Positions 1 through 13,700 of a stretch of 64,000 nt of DNA are shown in pieces. Where the stretch lies: assembly GCA_043228905.1 (NCBI GenBank), contig JBHGNT010000005.1:2418001-2482000 (forward strand). Direction: 5' to 3'. The notes beneath the pieces are model-generated. The model was not told the origin of the DNA. It saw only the letters and a program-made list of their open reading frames with translations, and did no database searches. Every line of letters begins with the position of its first letter. The first letter of the stretch is position 1. Source of the DNA: Azolla caroliniana (taxonomy: Eukaryota > Plantae > Polypodiophyta). Position numbers and translations under genes: made by a program.

Positions 1-113
1 GGCTAGCGACATTTAAAGATTTTCCTTAAGTTTCATTGGAAGAACCCTAATAGCGATCTTAGAGAGAGAGAGAGAGATTTGGAGTATGCGTGCAAACTTA
101 AAGTTGGTGTGCT

Positions 114-2333
114 CTAAGGGATCCTAGGGAAGTTTATAGATCGCCTAGCCTTGACATTGACCTCGCTAGTTTTGGTCATGGGTAACATGGAAGTTGAAGA
201 AGAGGAGCGGCGACGGACATTGACAGGAAGTCCCTCCAACATTTTGAGAGTGATGGCAATGCCATAGTAGGGTTCGAAGTCTGGGTGGGCGAGCGAGATT
301 CGGAAGCGGCGGATGATGGCAGCTGCCGCACACTTCATCTGGAGGATGGCCATATCCTTACCTATACATGTGCGCGGGCCTCCTTGGAACACCGGGAACT
401 TGTATGGACTTACTTGCACAAACGTGCCTACATTGTCCTCGTCACCCGCGATTGTGTCAGTCTTTTCGAGCCATCGTTCAGGTTTGAACTCATGGCAGTC
501 GGAGCCCCATATTTTGTCCATTCGTGCCACGGCATACGCATTGTATATCAGGTGTGTTTTCTTGGCGACTTTGGTCCCGTTGGGTAGCACATCCGCCTCC
601 TCCACGAGCTTTATGTCATGAGGCACGGGAGGATACAATCTTAGCCCTTCGTGTATGGCAGCATGGAGATAAGTCATCCCCTTCAGCTCATCATATGTGA
701 ACTCTTCTTCCTCTTCTTCCTCGTCTTCACTTTGCATATCTTGACTATGCTCTTGACCAATGTTGTACACTCCATCATATTCATTCACACTAGACTTCTC
801 ACTTCGCTTAACTTGCGTGGACTCATCACCAAACTTATCCCCAGCTAAATCATGCTCAAAATGGCCACTCTTAGCTTGGCCTGATTTCTCCCCACCCACA
901 TACATACCTTGACCATACAAGGCTTGACTACACTCATCCTCAATAATTATATGCTTCTTGACTTGGCCACACTCCTTCTCATCTTCTACATGGTTTGCTT
1001 GACCAAATTCATGCACCACATCCAAATGAACCCTATGACCAAGCTTCACCTCACCTTGCTTACATTGCTTACCTTGTTCACCATCTTGACCAGGCTCTGT
1101 TACCGTCATCATCTTCTTCGATTCCGCATCGCCATGAAGACCATCGCAGGGATCAGGAGCTATTTTTGCACTGTGATTCTTCTTCTTCTTTGCCGACTCC
1201 TCCAGGGAAGGCTTCTTCCGCATTTGCAGCACTCTAGTTACCTCGTCATAGATTTTTTCTTCTATATGAGGGTGTTTGATAAGCAACCAGAAGAACCAAG
1301 TCAACCCAACAGAGGAGGAATCCCTCCCAGCTACCATGAAGCTAATGCTAGTGTCACGAAGGAACTCATCTTTCTTCCGATCCTCTGACAGATATAGCTT
1401 CTCGTAATCACCAGCATATTGCTTCTTGTCTTCTCCCACTTTCTTATCTGTCTCATTAAATTGCACCATACTCATTAATCTTGATAAAAGATCACATGCT
1501 TCTTGCCTATCCTTCATCAGGTGTTCTTTTTTCCGCCTTGCGATCACATTCATGGCGAAGCTATGCACCACATGTAGGGCTTCGGAGAGCTTCCTCTCGG
1601 GGCCCACATTCATGGCCCTGGCGAACTTCCATAGCCAGTTGGGCAAGAAGAACCTCTTGAGGATGAGCTCCGAGGCGTCATCAAACGCCTGCACTAGAGG
1701 CCCATTCTCTAAAGACAAGTCTAGACAGGCTGGGTCTACACCCAGGGTCACTTGGCACACATTATCAAAAGCAAATTTCATAAAGATGTCTTGTAAATCT
1801 ATACTCATTGCCGGAGACGATGAGCATGCTTCTTTCAAGACTGGGACAAGGCGATTCGTGACCTCATTCTGGACAGTGCGGAGGATGAAGGTCTTAAGAG
1901 AATGTGCCGAGAAGCCATTGATTGTCATCTTCCTTTGGAACTTCCATTGGTCTCCGTCCGTATTAAAGATGCTGTCCCCTAACATGTCTTCCATGACCAT
2001 GTGAAACCTAAAGCCTTTGCTATAGTTGGGAAAGTTGGTCTTCAGCATGTGCTCTATGACAAGTGGGTCAGCCGTCGTGTGGAACTCCATCCCGAAGATT
2101 TTGGTTGAGAACGTTAGGTCATCTTCATCGTACATTATCTCGGCTACAAAGTCATGCAATCGGTGGATGTTTCGAAACAAGGGGATTGCTGTCCCTATGA
2201 AAGGTAGGGCACGTGGAGGGCCAAACAACCACCATAAAAACATGGTAATGATTAGGCTCACCGGTATCATAATCTCTCGAGGGATTGAAAGCAATGATGA
2301 AACCATCATATCTATGTTCCTTAGAAACTCCAT
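114..2333 (-). CDS. Cytochrome P450, CYP86 clan (CYP94/CYP86-like fatty-acid oxidase), single ORF
   Basis: 739-aa ORF with N-terminal hydrophobic anchor and GPPRALP hinge, EHMLKTNFPNYSKG, I-helix AGRDSS, K-helix EGLR, PERW and heme motif FQGGPRTCIG. Confidence 0.92.
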   Translation of the reverse strand: MEFLRNIDMMVSSLLSIPREIMIPVSLIITMFLWWLFGPPRALPFIGTAIPLFRNIHRLHDFVAEIMYDEDDLTFSTKIFGMEFHTTADPLVIEHMLKTNFPNYSKGFRFHMVMEDMLGDSIFNTDGDQWKFQRKMTINGFSAHSLKTFILRTVQNEVTNRLVPVLKEACSSSPAMSIDLQDIFMKFAFDNVCQVTLGVDPACLDLSLENGPLVQAFDDASELILKRFFLPNWLWKFARAMNVGPERKLSEALHVVHSFAMNVIARRKKEHLMKDRQEACDLLSRLMSMVQFNETDKKVGEDKKQYAGDYEKLYLSEDRKKDEFLRDTSISFMVAGRDSSSVGLTWFFWLLIKHPHIEEKIYDEVTRVLQMRKKPSLEESAKKKKNHSAKIAPDPCDGLHGDAESKKMMTVTEPGQDGEQGKQCKQGEVKLGHRVHLDVVHEFGQANHVEDEKECGQVKKHIIIEDECSQALYGQGMYVGGEKSGQAKSGHFEHDLAGDKFGDESTQVKRSEKSSVNEYDGVYNIGQEHSQDMQSEDEEEEEEEFTYDELKGMTYLHAAIHEGLRLYPPVPHDIKLVEEADVLPNGTKVAKKTHLIYNAYAVARMDKIWGSDCHEFKPERWLEKTDTIAGDEDNVGTFVQVSPYKFPVFQGGPRTCIGKDMAILQMKCAAAAIIRRFRISLAHPDFEPYYGIAITLKMLEGLPVNVRRRSSSSTSMLPMTKTSEVNVKARRSINFPRIP

Positions 2334-3339
2334 GGGATGATAAACTTGTAGGGTTTCTCAAAGAATTTGAAATGAAATTGGATTATGTTGTAGACTATAT
2401 TGATTTACTAAGAATATGCTTTGAACACTAGGTTACAAAGTTTGTGGAGAGAACTTAACATCTACAAATGCTTGATCTTGGATTCATCCTAATGGAAGAT
2501 ACGTCAATATATGTATGCTACGGATGTGAGGTAGTTGAGAATATTGCTTTGATGTCTCCTAAATGTATATCTACCCAAATGTAACAATGTCGTGGCCAAC
2601 CATGCATGATCTAGGATTCGCTCATAAATTTAAATGACCTATCCAACATCGTGTTTATTACACCAAGAAAATAGATAAGCAACTGAATGAAGTGTAAATG
2701 AATCATCCCAACACAGGAAAATAATGTATATAAAGGCAATATGTACTCTCAAATTAAATAAACACATAGATTACAGTATTGAAGTACCACGAACTATTTA
2801 CACTAGGCCAAGTGCTTTTTCCATGGACACTTGATTAAGTTATACCTCGTATAATATTGCGTCATGATAATTTTCTTTGGTTAGATGCTGGTTGGGTAGA
2901 GTATTTAATGATTGCCAACTTCTCACCATTTACCGTTTTATTGAATGGAAATGGTTAGGTGTGCCAAGGTAGACAAGGAGTGTAATCTTTCTTGTTTTTA
3001 ATGTTATAAAGTGAAAGTTTACCTTTTCTTATTGCAAAACTGGGAAAAGAAATCACTCTACTGAGATTTCAGCCTTACTTTGAGCGCGTACTGATATTTT
3101 CTGTATGCTTTATTTTTTGTGGGTTTTTACCTCAAAATGAAGTTTCCCACGAGTAAGTAATATATGATGGTCCCAAAAAAGAAATCAATCACACATTTTT
3201 TTAGCATTATATATAAATATTACTAATGGGAAATCTCAAAGCCAGGAGAAATTCCACAATAATAATAATAATAATTATTTTCCAACAATGGTTTATATTA
3301 TGTCTAAAGTGATTTTAATTATATATGAATAGTGCCTCA

Positions 3340-4100
3340 TGTCGATGGAGGAAATACCTAGAGAGGTGGCTGATACCTCCAACATATACAACCATTAACC
3401 ATGCAAAAGGCATTCATCATTTCCCATCTCTTCTTAAAAACCTCTTGCTTTCAAAAGACTATATCTAAATCACCCTTGATAGCATCATATTCTCCTTTCC
3501 GTGTATGCACCAAAGTCAACCAAGTCTCCTTGACTACATTCACAACATTCCACTGAATTTCTTGAAATATCCCTTGATATCTACTAGTCCACAAAATCCA
3601 TAAAACTATTGAACTAATCATCTCCCGAACCACACAATCCTGTACTGAATTAATAGACATACCTAGCGACACTTCCGCGACATATCGACCTCTCGTATAC
3701 AATGCAAAGTTAACATTTTCTTTTTCATAATCTTATCGTTCACCCTTGATATCTGCCCACATCATTGCCCCCATTTATATACTCTAGAGCCATATATCTC
3801 ATGCAAGAGACACAAAAAACAATTTCCAAACCAATTTAGTTGCCATATATGACCACAATACACAATCAAGAGACTCTGTTTCTAACCCACACAAATCACA
3901 CATCTTATTTACATCTTGACAATACATCCAAACCATAACAGGAACCGCATAATGAACAAGCAACCATCTAAATACAATAATCTTCTTTGAATTTGCATGG
4001 CCCATAGCCATTTCCAAAATGTTGCCATGCGAGTAGGATCAACATTATAACTCAACTATGTCTTAGTTGCTGTCAACCAGTGGGGCACCATATGCCTTCT
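3340..4100 (-). mobile_element. Degenerate LINE (L1-like) ORF2 3' fragment
   Basis: CDLC..ES..CVLWS zinc-finger-like motif, VLWILWTSR and terminal WRYQPP.VFPP motif shared with other LINE remnants; stops present. Confidence 0.6.
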
Positions 4101-4757
4101 CATTTCCCTTCCCAATCGACACGAATATTGAAAAAATGGAATCAACCAAACATTACAACGATAATTTACAACATGTTGCATTAGACACACTAGAAAGATA
4201 GTGCATTTTTATGTCATTAGAGATGTGACAAACATAAACGGATCATCATGGAGATAACCTAAATAATTGATATGGACAAGAAGTTGATTGCCCATAATTT
4301 CGCTGGTTAGGGACAATCCAAAGTGTCCATAAAGAACATATACACGTTTTTGTTTGTCTTTATAGCAATGCATTATTATGGCCCCACACATGCAAACTTA
4401 AAGCATTCGCCGAAAGTTGGGAAGTGAAGAAAAAAAGTTGACTTTTCTTTAGTAGTATCCATGTGCCAAAATATGAGTTACCCAAAAAATTGATTCCTTT
4501 GAAAGTTATAATATATGAAAGATTATACAAAACGAGATAATGCGATGCATAGCCTTTTATCAACAATTAACCTCGAGAGACCATAGAGAGAAAGTCATCG
4601 CAAATACCCCCTACAAATAAGGCAAACTTTTAATTTCATGTGATTCAAGAGTTATTATTTTTGGGTTGGTGCATTTCAAGCGAAACTTAGTACAAATTTT
4701 CTAATACAAAGTTTTTTTTATACCAAAAGTTGCTTAATGAAACTTAGTGCACATTTT

Positions 4758-5052
4758 AGATGGGTGTTCCCTCCAAGTGTTCCTAACATCTAGATGGGTG
4801 CTGCCATGAGGAGCGAATGGAGGACATCTATGCTGAATTCTGTTTTGTATGAGGCTCACGTGGAGAATATGTGTTCGAGTAATGCTATACACATAGAATG
4901 ATGTGGTGTTTTGGAGTTGTTTTTTTTTATGTTGTTTCATCTACACATTGTTTTCCTTTGACATGCAAGATGTCTTGTAAGATATGAGTTGTAAATGATT
5001 CCTTTGTACATTCTTAACTAATGGAAGTAGATGTTTTTGGAATGGAAAAAAA
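4758..5052 (+). mobile_element. Short 5'-truncated non-LTR retroposed insert with poly(A)
   Basis: Ends in an A-run (~5046-5055) and is flanked by direct repeat AAACTTAGTGCACATTTT (4740-4757, 5053-5070). Confidence 0.6.
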
Positions 5053-6520
5053 AAACTTAGTGCACATTTTTTACCTAAAAGTTCTATTTTTAGGTTGATG
5101 CATTTAAACTTACTGCATTTTTTCTAACATGTGTAAGATTCAAACGTATATCCTCTAACTTAATCACAAAGCTAAACAATATAAGCCTTGAGGCATTACA
5201 ATGACCTTATCAATAGTGTCATAACATCACAATATATGTGTGAGAGGTTTGGAGCCCACACATGAATTTTTAAATTTTTTTTATTTTACAAATATTAGTA
5301 TGTATACAAAAAAGGTAGTCGTGATGTATAAGTGGAGAATATGGTTGGTTTGGATGTGGGTTCACATCATGTGCCGTTGGCAATATGACAACAATAGCTA
5401 TCTTCACTAGCTCTTGGATCAAACAAACTCAAACAAATTTTGATGGTGCTCAGTCGATGTCCCTTGATCTACCAATCATAGAGGGGAGTGTAAGCGCGTT
5501 TATATTAGTGGGAGAAGGAAATCTAAGCTCATTGTACAAATGAATGAAGGGGATACTTTTAATATCCCAATTCCCACTCACTCTACCATCCTTACTAGGT
5601 TGATCCTAACTTCAACGTGTACTTACATAGCCTCATATATAAACCAAGCCCATGCCTTCTTGTATGAAGTGTTGATGTCCTTGATGTATAATTTATTTAA
5701 TATTAGTATTGTTACCATAAAACATATGCTCCATTGGTATTAATAAAAAGCCCGGAGGCAGTATACAAATAGTACATAATATTGTTTCATCTCCACCAGT
5801 ATATCTGAAATGATTCTAGTATTTGTAAAAACTGTTGGGAAAAAAAAAACAGCCATAAAACACAACATTAATATTAGTATTGTTCATAGTCTCATTGTAT
5901 AATCATGCATATTTTTCTTTATACATGGTCTTGTGAATATTGTCTATTGAATATTCCCTTCTTCTCTTTTTGTTTACCGTAAACAGAAATGTCTTAATTA
6001 CAAAAGTTGAATTACAATTGATGGAATGTGGTATCTTATTGATTCATCACAAAATCAACTAAGCCCCACGATATCCTCATATCTAGATACATTATGGACT
6101 TGTACAATTCCATGTGATAAAAGGTCAATGAAAATGATGGCGATGATCCCTTACCAAGCTACTAATCCCTAATTCCACATGTCAACCTTCCTAAAGTCTA
6201 AAACAAGGAGAACTGACATATATGTCCTTGAACCCCATATGGAGTAGAAAAAACAAAGGTATGCCACATATGCCGATTATATAACAATCCCTAATACCTT
6301 AGGTACTTTAAGGCTATCTCAAAATGTGGAGACGACATCCTTGAGTCCACTTATAGAAGCCCACACTAGATATATGAATTTCCAAATAGCCCTTCACACT
6401 TATAGACAAATGACTTTGGCCACTAACTTATATACTCCCCCCATTAAGGAAATAGGTTGCCAAGGAGTAAAAAATGATGTACATGGCATGGAACTTTCAA
6501 CAACAAGTTTATCAAACCAA

Positions 6521-6573
<53 letters not shown>
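6521..6573. repeat. (TC)n(AC)n microsatellite
   Basis: Directly visible. Confidence 0.95.
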
Positions 6574-6576
<3 letters not shown>

Positions 6577-8169
6577 CTTAATCTATATTCTAATATACAT
6601 AACTATATTCTCTAGTTCTTTCTGAGCCTTATTCTCGAATCTCGAGTTCAAAATCCAAACTACAAGTCCAAGGAGTATGATTTTTCTTTCCATATTGAAT
6701 GACATAGAGTTGATATCAATAAGTGCTTGGGCATGTCCTCTCATTTCATTGTAGGTGCCCTAACATGCTCAATTGATATGACTTCAATAATTGTACTACA
6801 ATGAGCTATGCTTTACATCCTCGTTTCATTCAACTTGTGACAACATCTATAAGACATGGTTTGATATTATTTTGAAGATATGATTAATATTTCACACAAT
6901 GTAGGTTGTCATGTACCCATCATATGTTCTTTATTTTCTATGTTTTATTACCAACATCCCAAGCTGAGACTGGAAGTAGGTGGTGTGCCTCCATGTTGTT
7001 TACTTTCAACACATAACTTTGGACTCTCATCACACCCACTAGTTTCATGGTTCTCACTACATTTCAAGATCAAATAGAGTAGTCAACTTGAGTTAAAGGA
7101 GGCACCATAGGTGTACCTTCTCAATGTTATTCTACTAAGGAAGTTGTTTACTTCCTCTGAATAGTTTCGCCAAATATAGGAAGTCTCTAGCTTTTGAAAT
7201 AGCTTTCAATATAATATTGTGAAAGGAACTCTTGGCAAAACATTGTATACCAAATTCTCAAATGAAACAAAGCAATGTTAGGAAACATGTTGTGATGTAA
7301 CTTCTATTTTGTGCACAATATGGTGCTCTACTCACAAGGTGTCAACACACTTGAACACTAGTGCGTATTGTTGAGGATATTTGTAAAGAGAACGACCTAT
7401 CAAAGAATGTATGGAGAACCAAATGCATTATTGTCAAGACCAATTGACCAAATGTTATGTAATAAAAAAACATTTGTCCATGATTCTACTCCCTTTCATT
7501 ATGATTGAGAGAGTAAAAAGATGGTATTGTGTTTTAGTTTGAAAATTGCTTAGCTAATGGTCAAGTTTATTGTCTACCTCTACCCACTCACTCATTTCTT
7601 TTCCATGATTGTAATGTTTAGTTTTATGAATGTAGAGTTTCTAAGTTAATTTAGTAGTTAGAAAGCTTAGTTTTGTTTTCACCTTGGTTTTAATCCAAAT
7701 GTTTTGTCATTCTTTAGGAAGCCTTTTCTAGTGGTTTGATCAAACTTGAATATATATTTTGAGTGGAAAACCTAGTGCCTTCAAAGAGCTTTACTTTGTG
7801 GATATACATTTCTTTTCCACAAGCTAGAAACACGCGCCTTTCTTCATTTCCTTGTATGTGTTGGTTAGACAAAGATTTGCATGCATTTGGTTAACATGTA
7901 AATGTTCATAGAGTGATCGAGCATATCTTCTTCTCTTAAATATAGATAATCTCTTAACCTCCTTTCCCCTCCCCTTAAAATGTCTCCATACGTCATTTCT
8001 TTTGCTCGCATGAGAGATTTCATCTTCTTTAGTTTTCTTATTGCATTTTAAAAAGAAAAAACATATCCTTCCATTAGTTTTAAAAAGCATATCAGCAACA
8101 AAATACAAAATGATGGAAAGGAAGTGATTATCCTTCCCCAACCCGTCTTGTATAAGACTATAGCTAGCC

Positions 8170-8640
8170 ATGAATCCTTCATTTGATAGACTTGATTGAG
8201 CACTTCCTCAATAGTTGAACTTGAAACATCCCATGAATTTGCATACGTTCAAACCAAATCAATCTTCCTCATCATGTTCATATTCAACATATCCAGATAC
8301 CACCTTTGGGTCATGACATGCATCCAATATACCACCACATTTACAATGACCAAGCATCATCTATTTTCCATATTCAATGTAAAACTGAAGCAAATCATTA
8401 TGGTATAGAGGTCATTTCGTATGCCTCGATCCATGATTCCAACATGTATGAACATGCCTTCATGTACAACCATGTGATCGACACCCACCTTAAGGGATCT
8501 CAACCCATCGAACAGTTTATATGCATCTGATAAACTTCCACATGTTGCATACAAATCAATAGTGCTTCTAATGAGCATATTCAAGTTGATACCTAGCTGA
8601 GTGATGTCAATATGGATTTCTTTTCCTGTCTTTTAACTCA
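8170..8640 (-). pseudogene. PLS-type PPR gene fragment
   Basis: LIRSTIDLYATCGSLSDAYKLFD is a typical PLS-PPR motif; frameshifted and truncated. Confidence 0.65.
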
Positions 8641-8794
8641 GATGTGTTCGAACATGAAAATCACATCTTGAATGCAAGATTTGAAGAACAATGACACCAT
8701 CCATCACATAAGAAGAAACAAACTTCTTTCAAATGCATACATAAGAGCATCCCCCCCCCCCTCCCCCCCACATGTCCAAATCCACATGTCTCCT

Positions 8795-8952
8795 ATCGGT
8801 GGAGGAAATACCCTGAGAGGTGGTTGATACCTCCAACGTATACAACAATTAACCATGTAAAATACATTCATCCTTTCCCATCTCTTCTTAAAAGTCTCTT
8901 TCTTTCGAAAACCTACATCTAAATCACCCTTGATAGTGTCATATTCTCCTTT
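8795..8952 (-). mobile_element. LINE 3' fragment, close copy of 3342-3500
   Basis: Clear nucleotide similarity (ggaggaaatacc...ctaaatcacccttgatag). Confidence 0.65.
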
Positions 8953-10345
8953 TATAGCCTAACCCTCCGAATGAAACAATATGTGGTTGCTTCACACAAT
9001 AATGTTGTTTTCTTAGTTATTGACGACCTTGTTTTGATTTTTCCTCGAACCAATTTCAAGGAAACTCTTATGGTCTTGTGTTTGTCTCTATTCCCCATTT
9101 GAAAGATAAGAGGTGTAACCTTTTGTATGGTTTCATGCATCTTCTTCCATTTTTTATGGAGGTCCATATTGATATCCAATTGTTTTTGCAAAATGGAGGG
9201 ATTTATTTTTGCAAGCAACTCAATGTCAGGACTCGGGAGCAAGAATGTGCCCAAAAGCAAGGTACAAAGCAAAAATATGAGTTGAACTAGAAAGAGCTTA
9301 ACCGCTAGTGAGTAAAAACTATAAGGGAATAGACGAGAAGTTCATTTTAATGAAGATGACAAGAACTTAGAGAGGGGATTAGGCTGAAGACAACCAAAAA
9401 ATAGTAGGCCAAAAAAAGTAGTTGGGAAACACATGAAGCGACCATGAGTATTGTGGTAAATTAATGTTAGAAAGCCTAGATAAGTCAACATTAGGTAAAA
9501 GGAGTGACAAAAGTGAATGGCAAAATGTCCAGAAGAGCAATGTGAGGAATTTATTGGGGTTGTGTGATGAATGGAGGGAAGGGCCTAGGATCAACTTTAA
9601 GAATGTGAAGGTGCCAAGGACAAATTTAGAGCCACATGGGAATGTTAAAGAACCCATGAGATATAATGGAGAACTTGATTTGTGGAAGGCCCAAGGAATT
9701 ATTATGGAGCATAATAGCTTGAAGAAGTGCCAATGATTAGGTCAAAAGGCATGGAAATTGTGATAGAGGGTGTAACAACAATCATGGAGTCCTTAACAAT
9801 GTGACATGATTTAACAACAATCTTAGAGTGCTTGAAAGTGTGGAGAGTCCCAATGTGAAGCTAGGAGCATTAAAGCATGAGAAGGAGTCCATGGGCCATG
9901 ACTAATTGTAGTGACCCAATAATGAAAAATGACGTGTCGTTAAACCTAAGGAAAAACATGCTCGAGTTGGGGTGGGGATGAAACACTTAACAACATGGTG
10001 AATGATTAGGTTGAGGAATGTAAAGTCTCACATAACAATCAAACAATATGGGGAATTTAGGCCTCCCAAAAGAGAGATGTCTCAATGGCTCAAAGAAAAT
10101 TTATTGACAATTCACTGATGTCATAGGGAGGCCAAGGGATGAAAATCTCGAAATAATAAAGGATAAAGGTTGGGTTGAGTGTGGAGAAAACAAGCTCGAG
10201 AATGGAGTGCCAAAGGAAACAACTTGCTAATTACCAGAAATAAGTTCTAAGTGAGGATGGTGAGTCATGACCCACATTAGAGAACTAATAATGGTCACAC
10301 AGTGATGATGAACTTGTGAGTTGAGACATAGTTGTGAGAGATACA

Positions 10346-10767
10346 TAACAATCGGCAACGGTTCGGTTTGAACCGAACCAAACCACGAAACCGCGGTTTA
10401 ATGGTTCGGTTCGGTTTCAACAGTCAAAAACCACGGTTTAAACGGTTATTTATTATTATTTTTTTAAAATTTAAAAATTCAAAAAGAAAATCTAAAAATT
10501 GTTTTAAAACAATCTTTGCATTTTTAGACCTTATTCTCACATTATAGGAACATCTTAAAAATTTTGAGAATGTTAAAAAATGAAATATTATAAATTTTAA
10601 AAAATTAAAAATTAGACCTATGTTGAAAACTGAAACCGTGGTTTTTACGGTTTAATGGTTTCACGGTTCGGCTTAACGGTTTCACGGTTCGGTTGAAGTT
10701 TCAACATTTGTAAATGGATTCCAAACCAGTTCGGTTTCAAACTGAACCGAACCGTTGCCGATTGTTA
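10346..10767. mobile_element. hAT-type MITE
   Basis: TIR TAACAATCGGCAACGGTTCGG / CCGAACCGTTGCCGATTGTTA, perfect 8-bp TSD GAGATACA, AACCG-rich subterminal repeats. Confidence 0.9.
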
Positions 10768-13700
10768 GAGATACATTTGAGTTATGACCCAATTTCAAAG
10801 TTTGGGCATCATGATAGAGATCATAAAAGACCTACAAAAAGAAGCATGTGGCTAGACGAAATCACATAATGCAACATGCCTCAAATTTGTAGGATCTTCA
10901 CCAACTCGCAATCTTATCAAAATCAATATAATCATTTGGGACAAGACATCTAGTAGTAGTCTTGGATTGGGATTCATGAATGAATGTAATAAGTTCAAAC
11001 GTTGGTTGATGCATTGGGTTGAAATGTGTACCTACATATATGTACTTACATGACCAATAGAGAATCATAAATGTAATTCTTTAAAACATTGATGCTTTAT
11101 AGATTACATGCATTTTGTATAACCATGCCATTATTAAATTGTTGCTGAATCTGTAATTTGTGTTTCTCAAGATTTACTTTGTTAGCGCACAATTTTATTC
11201 CAAAGTATCACACATAGTGCGTAATATACTCAAATACATTTGCAAATATTCTTTTTCGTATGTTGGCAAACGAATGTGTATGTTATGAAAACATACTTGC
11301 ATTTTTATTATTACATTTTTTACCTTAACTTTCTTACCTATAAAACCAATTTACCTTATAATATATAATGAATACAAAAGTATGGTATTTGGTATTTACC
11401 ATACTCGAACGATTGAAACATTCTCGAATGTGAATGCACGTATGGTACGTATTGTTCATGCTATGGTATCACATATATAAAAATATGATTACAGAGACTC
11501 AAACTACAACCTACAAATGTTCATTGTTGGTGAATTTGACATTATATATTTTCTCACAGAAAAACAACAATCAAATGAGAATTCTTTCACTAAAATACCC
11601 TGACATAGTTGTAACTTGTAAGTTTTGTATTGATGGATTTCTAGTAGTTGTGAAAACTTAGGAGTATTATTTTATTTTGGCGTTTTGTTTAGAAAAAATA
11701 TCTTAGCGTAGTTTATGGGGCCTATCAAATAAAATATGAAGTACATACATACAAACTGAATTCCTTTCTTCCAAAGTTACATTAACTAGCACTAGGTTTG
11801 TTGCTAAAACCAAAGACTTTTGATACCTTCAAATAATTTAGAAAAGCCTACATTATTCATACTTTCCCTAGAGATTTAATATATTATATTCATGTGAGGC
11901 GTTTCATTAAAGCATTATATCCACCATGTGAATTATATTACTTTACTTTGAAATGCCTTTCTTTTCCATGGATAATTGGGAAAGTTTTTGGATTGTACAT
12001 AATACATATTTTTGAGATATTGTATACTACAACTGGCGCCAAGATGCGGGTATAGTCGTTGAGTTTGCATAATTTCATAGTCACCTCACTACCACATTCT
12101 ATGTTTGTCCTTTTGATTCCCATTACATTGTCACTACCACATTGTATGCATTGGAGGTTTAGAACAACTTATTAAACCATTGTTAGAGGTTTTCTACTAA
12201 TCTGAGCACACACATATTAAAAGAATGTGTGCATTTGATTCTCGCATTATAACCCAGAATTAAGAATATTGTTTCCATAATAAATGTTAAATAAAAGGGG
12301 AACATATAAAAAAGTTCATGAATACTTGCTAGAGGAAATGAGTGTGTCGTTTCTATTGTCAATGACTCTACACATTATTCTTAAAGCCACTCTTTAATAA
12401 AGTGATCCTACTCTATACCATTTCAGCGAAGATAATATGTGTATTGCACGTTCTTTTTGGGTAAAAGGTTGATGGGCATCACACCAATCTCATCTACGGA
12501 AAATATCCTCACGAATGGCCAATGATACACCAGTCGAAGTAATTGTTGAAATGTTGTATGCTCTATAGATAATCATGAAATATCGTTGCACGAATCTGTT
12601 AGTATCTCAACATAACGCGCTAAAAGGTTTATAAGATGTAGTACAAAAACATTGATACGAGATGTTCTTCAAGCATTGGTGTAAGTTGTAACAGTTTTAC
12701 TTTTAACCACTCCTGACGTAATAGCAATTTGTTTTGATGTACATTTTTTTAACTCTTTCCCTCATTAAAACCTTGTCACCAAATACTGAAAGTTGTTCAC
12801 TATGAGATTCTAGAAGGTTTAAGTGTTCTATCCCCTCCCCCTTTAATAGGAGCTATCCACTTTTTTCGTAAGCATAGTTGTACGTCCTAACACATCAACA
12901 ATCGAAAGTACTCAAGGAATTCAATTCGAAAACAAAATAATCTCAATGATATTCTACACTTGCCAAAGAAGATCACTTTGTGCTTTCTAAAAGATGTTTT
13001 TCAGCCGTACGGTTTCAGATACAAAACTATTGTATAATTCTTATATACAAATTTATTAGTTTCTACAAGCCACTATGAGTAAAGCACAAATGTTCCATTC
13101 TATAGTAACCTCATCTTGCGCCATTCTATCTATATAACCAACCCATAAATGGCATCAAAATCTGTTGACATCAAAAATACGTATAAATTGAAAATTTGAT
13201 AAAACAATAAATATTTTATGCATTTGACAATATGTCATGCTTTTTGTTTACTAACTCAAAATCACCGGAACAAGATTTGATTTAGTAATGGTTATGAACA
13301 AGATTTGGTTTAACACACCTTTCTTTAGTAATGTGCTACTAAGTAACAAGATTTGGTCTTCTATAAAAAGTAAGTAATGCAATGAGTTTTAATCAATGTC
13401 TCACCCCTAACTAATCAATGTGCTTATGCGACAATTGCTAATAAGTAACGTGTTTAATTAATGTAGATTAACTATTTAATCAATTGATTAAGCAAAAAGT
13501 GTGACCTTTCAAAAAATACATGGGGATTATATGATAGAGAATGTCATTTGGTCAATTGGATGGGCAAATATTGTGAAAAGAGAATTTAGACAAAATCATA
13601 ATATGTCACAATTAGTAAGGTTGCTATTATCGACTAACCTGTGAATCCATTAGTAACTCAACCTATGGATCTATTTGTAACTTGGTTTTACTTTTTGAAC

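Noticed and set aside
285-2340. Plus-strand ORFs overlapping the P450
   Set aside because: Antisense shadows with no recognisable motifs.
5300-7800. Possible old retroelement remnants
   Set aside because: No diagnostic motif or termini that I could confirm.
9300-10330. Purine-rich, coding-like stretch
   Set aside because: Short ORFs without recognisable domains.
11900-13200. Possible decayed minus-strand coding sequence
   Set aside because: Too degenerate to assign without a homology search.
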